Shown here piece after piece: positions 1 to 7,970 of a stretch of 27,654 bases of DNA. Position 1 is the first letter of the stretch; each line of letters starts with the position of its first letter. A program made the position numbers and the translations under genes. This DNA comes from a bacterium (GTDB lineage: Bacteria; Cyanobacteriota; Vampirovibrionia; Gastranaerophilales; JBAXKC01): the NCBI GenBank assembly GCA_037137535.1, contig JBAXKC010000032.1, forward strand, positions 1 to 27,654, read 5' to 3'. Below the pieces are notes generated by a model. That model saw nothing but the letters and a program-made list of their open reading frames with translations, was not told the DNA's origin and did not search any database.

Positions 1-117
1 ATTTCGCTATTTCCATTACGTTCGTTTACTTTATATATAATTATTAGCATAATTATCGCTTCTTGTTCAAATAATAATAAGTTTATACGGAGCTTTTGTA
101 ATAAAATAAATTACCAC

Positions 118-146
118 TTGCATTTATGAACATTTGTTCATATAAT
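118..146 (+). promoter_or_regulatory. sigma-70 promoter of the lexA/umuD-umuC operon
   Basis: TTGCAT (118-123), 17 bp spacer, perfect TATAAT (141-146); GAGG RBS just before ATG 181. Confidence 0.85.
125..142. promoter_or_regulatory. SOS (LexA) box, GAAC-N4-GTTC type
   Basis: Palindrome TATGAAC-ATTT-GTTCATA between the -35 and -10, upstream of an S24 peptidase/Y-family polymerase operon. Confidence 0.85.
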
Positions 147-180
147 AAAAACATACGGTATTTTTTATTCAGAGGTAGAA

Positions 181-765
181 ATGATTACTTCAAAACAAAA
201 AGATTTTTTAAACAAGATAAAAGCATTATACGGCAAAAATCCCTTACCAAGCTATGAAAAAATATGTAAAGATATTGGATTCAGATCAAAAAACTCGGTT
301 TGGCAATATTTTCAGAAACTTTTAGATGCAGGATTTATTCAGGAAAGAGATAACAGATTTTTTATATCACATGATTTTCTAGGCGTTCCTTATTTTGAAT
401 GTGGTGTCAGAGCAGGATTTCCGTCACCTGCGGAAGATTATATGGAAAACAGATTATCTTTCGATGAAATACTTGTAAAACATCCCGTTTCAACAATATC
501 AATAAGAGTTATAGGCGATTCTATGGTAGATGCAGGTATTTTTGAGGATGACATTATTGTTGTAGAAAAAGGAAGAGAGCCTGTTCTCGGAGATATTGTC
601 GTTGCAATTGTAGACGGGGAATTTACCGTTAAATATTACAAAATGAAAAACGGCCAAATTTTCCTTGAACCAGCCAATAACAACTACCCTAACATCATAC
701 CTTCTAACGAAATGATGATTTTCGGAGTGGTAACAGGCTTAGTAAGAACAATAAAGAAAAGTTAA
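181..765 (+). CDS. LexA-like winged-HTH fused to UmuD-like S24 autopeptidase
   Basis: N-terminus LexA-like (TSKQ..PSYEKIC..GFRSKNSV..L..AGFI); AGFPSPAEDY cleavage loop of UmuD type (A78-G79); GDSM (S114) and EFTVK (K151) catalytic dyad. Confidence 0.9.
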   Translation: MITSKQKDFLNKIKALYGKNPLPSYEKICKDIGFRSKNSVWQYFQKLLDAGFIQERDNRFFISHDFLGVPYFECGVRAGFPSPAEDYMENRLSFDEILVKHPVSTISIRVIGDSMVDAGIFEDDIIVVEKGREPVLGDIVVAIVDGEFTVKYYKMKNGQIFLEPANNNYPNIIPSNEMMIFGVVTGLVRTIKKS

Positions 766-883
766 CCACTTAATAAACATAATACATAAAGGCGAAAATA
801 GGCTTTATCAATTTTATTTTAGCCTTATTTCACCTGCAATTTAAACTTAAAAATGTTTGAAAGAATTTTTGGGAGATTTAGTC

Positions 884-2056
884 ATGTCTAAAAAAGCAAT
901 AGCACTTGTTGATTGTGATTCATTTTACGCATCTTGCGAACAACTTAAAAAACCACAATTAATAGGGAAAGCGGTATGCGTAATGAGCGGAAATGACGGA
1001 TGCGTAGTAGCTCGATCAAAAGAAGCTAAACAAATGGGCGTAAAAATGGGTATGCCAGTTTTTCAAGCTAAAAAGCTTTTTCCTGATGCAATTTATATTT
1101 CAGGAAACCTTGGATACTACGGAGAGATTTCAACACGAGTTATGGGAGTACTAAGAGATTTCAGCCCTACTATTGAAACTTATTCAATAGACGAAGCTTT
1201 TGTTGATCTTACAGGGCTTAGAATGCTTTATAAAATGAGTTATTTAGAAATGGCAAAAGAAATAAAAAAACAAGTTTGGCAAAAGATAGGAATTCCTGTT
1301 TCCGTAGGGATAAGCACGACAAAAACACTAGCAAAATTAGCTTCGGAAAAGGCAAAAAAAAGAGATGGCGTTTATCAAATTGGATTCAGAGATATAACAA
1401 ATGAGCTTAAAAACACCGAAATTATTGACATTTGGGGAATAGGAACAAATACGGCATCATTATTAAATAAGTATTATATTTACACAGCAAATGATTTTAT
1501 AAAACTAGATAATGAACTCATAAAAAAAATATGGGGAATAAAAGGAATTGAGCTAAAAGCCGAACTTTCCGGAGAAAGTGTTTATCCAATTATAGAAAAA
1601 TCTCCTTTACCTAAATCCATACAAAAAACAGCATCTTTTGCATGTTTTACAAATGATTTCAACTATATAAAATCCTCACTTAATTATCACGCCCATAGAG
1701 CCTGTAAAAAATTAAGAACCAGTGGTTTACAAGCTCAAGTTGTGGAAGTAATGCTTAGAACAAAGGATTTCAATATTTTAACATCGAAAAAAGTTCTTAT
1801 TTCAGCAACAGACTGGGAATTTGAAATATTTTCAGCAATTAACAAACTCTTACCGGATCTTTATAAAGAAGGTATTATCTATCGAAGTTCAGGAATTACT
1901 TTAAACGGATTAACCTCCTCAGGCGAAACTCAACTTTCTATATTTGGTGATTCAGAAGAAAATCTGAAAAATGAAAAACTGGCAAAGATATGGGACAAGA
2001 TAGAGCATAAATTCGGGAGAGGCAAACTTACCGCAGGTTTTACAGGAAATTTCTAG
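884..2056 (+). CDS. umuC: Y-family DNA polymerase, UmuC (Pol V) type
   Basis: ALVDCDSFYASCE, SGNDGCVVARSKEAK, YSIDEAF, TKTLAKLA motifs; QLSIF clamp-binding motif near the C-terminus. Start moved to ATG 884 (GGGAG RBS at 871-875). Confidence 0.9.
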   Translation: MSKKAIALVDCDSFYASCEQLKKPQLIGKAVCVMSGNDGCVVARSKEAKQMGVKMGMPVFQAKKLFPDAIYISGNLGYYGEISTRVMGVLRDFSPTIETYSIDEAFVDLTGLRMLYKMSYLEMAKEIKKQVWQKIGIPVSVGISTTKTLAKLASEKAKKRDGVYQIGFRDITNELKNTEIIDIWGIGTNTASLLNKYYIYTANDFIKLDNELIKKIWGIKGIELKAELSGESVYPIIEKSPLPKSIQKTASFACFTNDFNYIKSSLNYHAHRACKKLRTSGLQAQVVEVMLRTKDFNILTSKKVLISATDWEFEIFSAINKLLPDLYKEGIIYRSSGITLNGLTSSGETQLSIFGDSEENLKNEKLAKIWDKIEHKFGRGKLTAGFTGNF

Positions 2057-2190
2057 ATATTATTCACAAGAAGCAGTAAAAAACGACTATCGTTTCTTTT
2101 CAAATTTTATAATGTAAAAAAAAGAATTGGATTAATAAGAGAATTCTTTAAAAATAATGGTCTTTCGCTTACACACTTCTAATGATAAGG

Positions 2191-2219
2191 TTGCATTAAG
2201 TTTGAACTTATGTATAAAT
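2191..2219 (+). promoter_or_regulatory. putative sigma-70 promoter of bioB-ruvA
   Basis: TTGCAT (2191-2196), 16 bp, TATAAA (2213-2218); GGAG RBS before ATG 2250. Confidence 0.5.
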
Positions 2220-2249
2220 ATCAGATAAACAAGCAACTGGAGAAGAAAA

Positions 2250-3188
2250 ATGGACTTAAACCAAAAAATAGAAGAATACGTAAAACTTTATGACCTTCCT
2301 GTTGAAGAACTTATTGCGATTTCTTCGAAAATAACAACTGAAAACTTTAAAAATCAGGTGGAATTTTGCAGCATAATTAGTGCAAAAACAGGTAAATGTC
2401 AGGAAAATTGTAAGTATTGTTCTCAAAGTGGTCATTATAAGACAAAAATTGAAGTACATCCGTTAATAACAGTTGAAGAAGTTAAAACAGCTGCTTTAAG
2501 TGCTAAAGATAACGGTGCTACAAGATTTTGCGTTGTAACTTCGGGTAAAAACCCTGAAGACAATGATTTTCCTTCTCTTTTGAAAATGGTTGAAACAGTT
2601 GCAAATATCGAAGGGATTCACAGTTGCTGCTCATTAGGTATTTTAGACGATAAACAGGCTAAATCGCTTAAAGAAGCAGGTGCTGAAAGATATAACCATA
2701 ATTTAAATACTGCAAAATCTTATCACAGTGAAATATGCGACACTCATACCTTTGAAGATCGCATTAATACTATAAAATTAATACAATCACACGGAATAGA
2801 AGCCTGTACAGGCGGAATTATCGGAATGGGCGAAACAAGAAGACAACGAATTGAATTAGCTTTAGAATTAGCAGAATTAAACCCTGTTTCAGTTCCCGTA
2901 AACTTTTTACATCCTGTTGCAGGAACGCCAATGGCAAACTTAGAGAACACTATAACTGAAGAAGAAATTTTAAAAACACTTGCTATTTTCAGAATAATAC
3001 TTCCAAAAGCTCTTATAAGATATGCGGGCGGAAGATCTACAAGATTTTCAAAAACATATCAGGAATTAGGAATAAGAGCAGGCGTAAATGCTTTATTAGT
3101 GGGTAATTACCTTACAACAACAGGCATAACACCTCAAGAAGATATAGAATTAGTAGAAAAAGCAGGAATGACCGTTTCAAATGTATAG
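2250..3188 (+). CDS. bioB: biotin synthase (radical SAM)
   Basis: SAKTGKCQENCKYCSQS (CxxxCxxC), YNHNLNT, GGIIGMGE, SVPVNFL, YAGGR, VGNYLTT motifs. Confidence 0.97.
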   Translation: MDLNQKIEEYVKLYDLPVEELIAISSKITTENFKNQVEFCSIISAKTGKCQENCKYCSQSGHYKTKIEVHPLITVEEVKTAALSAKDNGATRFCVVTSGKNPEDNDFPSLLKMVETVANIEGIHSCCSLGILDDKQAKSLKEAGAERYNHNLNTAKSYHSEICDTHTFEDRINTIKLIQSHGIEACTGGIIGMGETRRQRIELALELAELNPVSVPVNFLHPVAGTPMANLENTITEEEILKTLAIFRIILPKALIRYAGGRSTRFSKTYQELGIRAGVNALLVGNYLTTTGITPQEDIELVEKAGMTVSNV

Positions 3189-3813
3189 TTATATTAAAGG
3201 TGAACTCGTTCACGTCAATGAAAATGCACTTCTTGGCAAAAATATAACGGTTGAAGCCAATAATATAGGCTATCAAATTAACACAAATGATAAAACCATT
3301 ATTAAATTAGGCGAAATAGGTCAAGAAGTTAAACTATATGTAACCTTAATACATCGTGAAGACAGCATGGCCTTATGGGGCTTCGCTTCTAGAGATGAAC
3401 GAGATTTATTTAATATTCTTTTAAGTGTGTCGGGAGTTGGAGCAAAAGCAGCTATGCTTTTACTGAACGGTTTGACGCCTTCTGATCTTATTGGAGCAGT
3501 TATAAGAAGTGATACAAAATCTATTGTAAAAATCAAAGGTATTGGCCCCAAAATAGCTCAACGAATAATCCTTGAACTAAAAGACAAAATGACAAATTGG
3601 CGTGACATTCAACCATCAAAAATGGATATTCCCGAAATTAGCGAAAATATGTCAAAAGAAGGTTATTTAGAAGCTGAGTCCGTCTTGCTATCTCTAGGCT
3701 ACACCGAAGATGAATGCAAAGTAAGTTTAAGTAATGCCTTATCAACAGCAGAAAATCAGGAAGATGCTGAAGAACTGCTAAGATTAGCATTACAATGGCT
3801 TTCTACTATTTAA
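3181..3813 (+). CDS. ruvA: Holliday junction branch migration protein RuvA
   Basis: MYSYIKG, HREDSMALWGF, LLSVSGVGAKAA, IKGIGPKIAQRIILELKDK, LLSLGY; overlaps bioB by 8 nt. Confidence 0.96.
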   Translation: MYSYIKGELVHVNENALLGKNITVEANNIGYQINTNDKTIIKLGEIGQEVKLYVTLIHREDSMALWGFASRDERDLFNILLSVSGVGAKAAMLLLNGLTPSDLIGAVIRSDTKSIVKIKGIGPKIAQRIILELKDKMTNWRDIQPSKMDIPEISENMSKEGYLEAESVLLSLGYTEDECKVSLSNALSTAENQEDAEELLRLALQWLSTI

Positions 3814-3831
3814 TTAAACTTTTAATATTTT

Positions 3832-5406
3832 TTAAAATGCCCGTCTTTTCTTAAAGGCGGTCATAACTCTATCCATTGTTTCAAGCCTGTCTTTATATAG
3901 TTGAGGTCTAAAAAATCTCATGCTTGAATACCAAGGAGTAAAATCATCATCTAAAGCCCATCTCCACTCATAGTATTGAGGAAGAATTACCCATGTTTCT
4001 TTACCTAAAGCAGCTGCTAGATGTGCAACCGCACTATCAATAGTTATGATAAGATCAAGATTTTCTATTGCCGCAGCACTATCGCCAAAATCGTTAAAGC
4101 TATCGCCAAGTTTAATTATATTAAACTTTTCAGGTAACTTATCCATTTGCTCTTCTCCTGCACCCTTTTGAAGAGAATATAACTGAACATTTTCAAAATC
4201 GAACAACGGATAAAACTTCTCTAATGGAACAGAGCGTTTATTATCTGATTTATGAGTAAGACTACCCTGCCAAACAATTCCTACTTTGTATTTATCATTA
4301 TCAAAATATTGTTGTTTATAATCAATAACTTTATCTTGATTTGCTTTTAAATACGCATCTCTTGTATATAGATTGAATTCATTAACCTTTAGATAACCGG
4401 GGAGACTTAAAAGCAATGTATAATAATCAAAATATATATCATTTTCAGAGGTAATTTCATCAATTATTTCAATATCTGGATCAAAATTATTCTCAACAAA
4501 AAGCTGTTTTAATAATTTTTGAGATTTAAATATTATTTTCTTTGCACCAAATTTTTTCAATCCGGCAAGATATCTCACAAACTGAATACTATCGCCAAAA
4601 CCTTGCTCATGCATAACATAAATAGTTTTACCTTCTAAAGATTCGCCTTGCCATTTTGGCTTAGGTTCTTTGACATTTGGGGCAGGCTCAATTAAATTAT
4701 TATATCTATATTCATAATACTTCCAGCCCTCTTCAAAATTTCTGCCCAAAAGATAAGCAATACTTAGATTCAAATAAGCATCTTTATAATTTCTATCTAG
4801 CTCTAATGCTTTTTTATAATTTATAACAGCATTATCCAATTGTTTACAGCTTACATAACTTATTGCCATGTTGTAATAAGCATCAACAAAATTCGGGTCT
4901 AATTGTATCGCTTTTTTATAAGAGTCAATTGATTCTTTATATCTTTCTTTGTTTTTTAAAGCTAATCCTAAATTGCTATAAACAGGGGCAAAATCAGGAT
5001 TTAAAGCAATTGTTTTATGATAGCACTGAATTGATAAATCATATTTTTCAAGCTTTGAATATGCCACACCTAAATTACAATAATATTCAGGCTTAGGATT
5101 TATTTTAATTAATGCAATAGTGCATTGCTCTAATGCTCTATAATCTTCAACATTATATAAAGCCACACATTTTTTAATCAAAAAGTGTTCTTTTGGTGTT
5201 ATAGCAATCGCTCTATTGAAAAGCCCGACTGCTAATTTATTTTTATTTACTTCCATTGCCAATAAGCCAAGAAAATACCATGCATCAGCATTATTTTCAT
5301 TTTCTTTTATTAGCTCTTTAAATAATAGTTCAGCATTAGCAAAATCTTTTGCCCTGTATAAATTTATAGCTTCTTCTAATTTATTTTTTGTCTGTAAATC
5401 ATTCAT
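3832..5406 (-). CDS. TPR-repeat protein with C-terminal GT9-like glycosyltransferase domain
   Basis: Several TPRs (AWYFLG, YYCNLG, VYSNLG, AYYNMA, AYLNLS) followed by GWKYYEYR, EQGFGDSIQFVRY, VGIVWQGS, LDLIITIDSAVAHLAAALG, WRW..TPWY. Confidence 0.9.
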   Translation of the reverse strand: MNDLQTKNKLEEAINLYRAKDFANAELLFKELIKENENNADAWYFLGLLAMEVNKNKLAVGLFNRAIAITPKEHFLIKKCVALYNVEDYRALEQCTIALIKINPKPEYYCNLGVAYSKLEKYDLSIQCYHKTIALNPDFAPVYSNLGLALKNKERYKESIDSYKKAIQLDPNFVDAYYNMAISYVSCKQLDNAVINYKKALELDRNYKDAYLNLSIAYLLGRNFEEGWKYYEYRYNNLIEPAPNVKEPKPKWQGESLEGKTIYVMHEQGFGDSIQFVRYLAGLKKFGAKKIIFKSQKLLKQLFVENNFDPDIEIIDEITSENDIYFDYYTLLLSLPGYLKVNEFNLYTRDAYLKANQDKVIDYKQQYFDNDKYKVGIVWQGSLTHKSDNKRSVPLEKFYPLFDFENVQLYSLQKGAGEEQMDKLPEKFNIIKLGDSFNDFGDSAAAIENLDLIITIDSAVAHLAAALGKETWVILPQYYEWRWALDDDFTPWYSSMRFFRPQLYKDRLETMDRVMTAFKKRRAF

Positions 5407-5658
5407 AAATTTTTACACCATCACTATCATGTAAAATCAATTAATATTATATGCTTAAAACCCCTTATTTGAAAAGCTAATATTTAAAGTTAATCTCTTA
5501 CTAACACTCATATCAATACTTTTAAGATATAATGTCATACATATAGTTGAGAGCAAAATAATAATTTACAAACTTACATGTTAATTATTCAAATGACACT
5601 ACTTTATGCTAACATATTTCCTTAACAAATATCGTTTAAAATAGAGAGAAAGTAAAAT

Positions 5659-6603
5659 ATGATTACAAGAAGAGCCATTCAAAAAGGTATTCAACAACTT
5701 GAATACTATGCAAGCAAATGTGATGTACAAGCTTTAAAACAATTAAAAGAAGTAGTAGCAAACAAAATACCCGAAAGTGAATTAATAAAAAACAGAGAGC
5801 TGGTAACGACATTAGTTCATAATGAAATACCCTTAACAAAATTTGACACAGAAGCAATTCTAAAACAAAGATTAAGTACCTATAAATTAATGGGTAAATC
5901 CACACATAAAATTAATACACTTGAAAGAGAAGAATTAAGAACAAATATTGCTCAATTAACCTACGGTGAAGGTGCTGCAAAAAAAGAAGGCGAACTTATT
6001 CTTTTGATAGCACATCCGGGAGCTGGAAAAAGTACATTAGTAGAGCATATTGCGAAAGAAACAGGAGCCTTTGCACCTGATGCTGATGATATTAAAAGAG
6101 TAATCCCTGAATATGATCAATTAGGGGCAGTAAACGTACATGAAGAATCAATAGATATACTTAATAAAGTTTTAGATAAAGCAGCAGAAAACAAGGACAA
6201 TACAATTGTTCAAACAACTGGAACCTGGATGCCATACTTACATGAAATTTGTGATAGATTCTCAAATAAAGGCTTTAAGATTAAATGTATTTACCTGCAT
6301 GCCACTCCTGATAAATGCTGCGCTAGAGCAATAAACAGATTTGAAAATACAGGACGTTTTCTTGATCCCTTTTATTTAAAATCTAAAAAAGCCGAACCAC
6401 GAATTAATTTTAATGAAATAATTAACAGACCTGATATACATGGAGCAGAAGTTTATACAAATAATGTTCCTTATGGGCAATTCCCCAAACTTACAGAAAA
6501 AATCTCAAAAGTTGATGGTCAATTATCCAACGAGCAATATTATCACAAGAACGGGGAAATCATAACCAAAAAACAAGCTAAAGCTAACAAACAAAATACT
6601 TGA
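5659..6603 (+). CDS. zeta-toxin family P-loop kinase with N-terminal extension
   Basis: Walker A AHPGAGKST, DADDIK, VHEES and RAINRFENTGR lid motif typical of Zeta_toxin/AAA_33 kinases. Confidence 0.8.
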   Translation: MITRRAIQKGIQQLEYYASKCDVQALKQLKEVVANKIPESELIKNRELVTTLVHNEIPLTKFDTEAILKQRLSTYKLMGKSTHKINTLEREELRTNIAQLTYGEGAAKKEGELILLIAHPGAGKSTLVEHIAKETGAFAPDADDIKRVIPEYDQLGAVNVHEESIDILNKVLDKAAENKDNTIVQTTGTWMPYLHEICDRFSNKGFKIKCIYLHATPDKCCARAINRFENTGRFLDPFYLKSKKAEPRINFNEIINRPDIHGAEVYTNNVPYGQFPKLTEKISKVDGQLSNEQYYHKNGEIITKKQAKANKQNT

Positions 6604-6682
6604 TAAAAACTCATTCAAAAACAAGGCAATATTTAAATATTACAGGTTTTATATGATTATAAGTTTTAAAACAGGATAAATA

Positions 6683-7807
6683 ATGCAAATAAATTCATTT
6701 AATAAGAATTTACCAAGTTATTTTTATAAAAATAATTTAATGAGTAAACCTAAAATAGCTTTTGCATCAGATAATCTTTCTTCTACTTCTGAACAAGACA
6801 AGAACATACAGAATAATAATTCTTATACAAATTGGGATTTAATATCTTTATTGTCTCAAAATTATTGTATGAATAATCCTAATCAATCCCAAAATGTACA
6901 AGAAAATGGAAATGTTGAAAATATTGAAAATAATCCTGCTGTTAATGAAAATGTTGAAATAAAGAATATTAAAAAAAATGCAAAATTAGTTAATATATCT
7001 CCACAAGAAATTGATTCTTTTTTTGAATCTTCAAAATTACACAATTTAGAAAGTTTTAAGATTCGCTATTTTGGTGCTTATCATGATGATTCTGATTACT
7101 CTAAAAATAACTTTGTTGCAGTATATTCTGAAAAAAATCCTAAAAACCCTGATGACTTTTTTAAAAAAGAAAATTTTAGGATAATTACAGGAAACGGTTC
7201 ATCAGGAGTAGTTTATAATCCTATTTTGAAAGAGCCGTACATTGATAAAAACGAAAACTATGATTTTGAAACAGAAAACTATACCTTATCTTTATCTAAG
7301 CCGACAAAATGGGAGCAGCCTATTTCTCCACAAATTTATAAAATCGAAAAGAAAAAGGATTTATTGCTGCTAAATACTAATAATCCTGTTCAGAAATGCT
7401 CTAAGTTTTTAACGGAAGTATCCAAGGGTATAATTGATAAAGATAAAGCTAATTTAGTAATGACTGAAATGACAAAACAAGGTTTTGACCCTTTATATTG
7501 TGTTTACCCGTCTAGATATTCAAGTCTTGATTATAAGTCTGGAGATAACGTTTTGATTCTTTGCTCAAATAAGAATGAAGAAGTTAAAGCAGGTTATTTA
7601 AATATACAAAACGGAAACTTAAAAGTAATAAACTCAGAGGATAATTATATGTCGCCCATAACAGATGTTGCTTTACTTTATTCGCCAGAGTTAGAAAATT
7701 ATAAATATTCTATAAATGTAGATGGTGTTGATTTTTACGTGCCAAAAGAAATAGGAAAGCAACCTTATAAAAAAGCTATGGAATTAACAACTTTAAAAGA
7801 TTTTTAA
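6683..7807 (+). CDS. hypothetical protein with Asn-rich N-terminus
   Basis: 374-aa ORF, AGGA RBS; no recognisable domain. Confidence 0.75.
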   Translation: MQINSFNKNLPSYFYKNNLMSKPKIAFASDNLSSTSEQDKNIQNNNSYTNWDLISLLSQNYCMNNPNQSQNVQENGNVENIENNPAVNENVEIKNIKKNAKLVNISPQEIDSFFESSKLHNLESFKIRYFGAYHDDSDYSKNNFVAVYSEKNPKNPDDFFKKENFRIITGNGSSGVVYNPILKEPYIDKNENYDFETENYTLSLSKPTKWEQPISPQIYKIEKKKDLLLLNTNNPVQKCSKFLTEVSKGIIDKDKANLVMTEMTKQGFDPLYCVYPSRYSSLDYKSGDNVLILCSNKNEEVKAGYLNIQNGNLKVINSEDNYMSPITDVALLYSPELENYKYSINVDGVDFYVPKEIGKQPYKKAMELTTLKDF

Positions 7808-7911
7808 AATATTATTTAAAATTAAAATCATAAGCACACTTATAATAACTAAATTGCAATTGTAAAAAAATCAATTAGATTGATAAAAAATTAACCTCTA
7901 AATTTACTATA

Positions 7912-7955
7912 AAATACTGCCCCTCAATAAGTCTAACTGTAGAGGGGCAGTATTT
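7912..7955. terminator. probable bidirectional intrinsic terminator
   Basis: AAATACTGCCCCTC / GAGGGGCAGTATTT 14-bp perfect inverted repeat, 16-nt loop, between convergent genes. Confidence 0.8.
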
Positions 7956-7970
7956 ATAATGTGAGATAGT

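Noticed and set aside
1-16. Possible start of a minus-strand gene (MEIAK...) running off the window
   Set aside because: Only five codons visible and no clear RBS.
857-883. TTG-started N-terminal extension of umuC
   Set aside because: ATG 884 has a GGGAG RBS and matches the usual UmuC start.
2081-2100. AAACGA-CTA-TCGTTT hairpin after umuC as a terminator
   Set aside because: Stem is short and AT-rich with a 3-nt loop; too weak to call.
2199-2232. BirA-type operator upstream of bioB
   Set aside because: Half-sites match TGTtAAC-N14/16-GTTaACA only poorly.
2256-5905. Short antisense ORFs (2256, 2744, 3321, 4863, 5216, 5663)
   Set aside because: Shadows of confident genes on the opposite strand, with no motifs; 5663-5905 was considered as an antitoxin but has no support.
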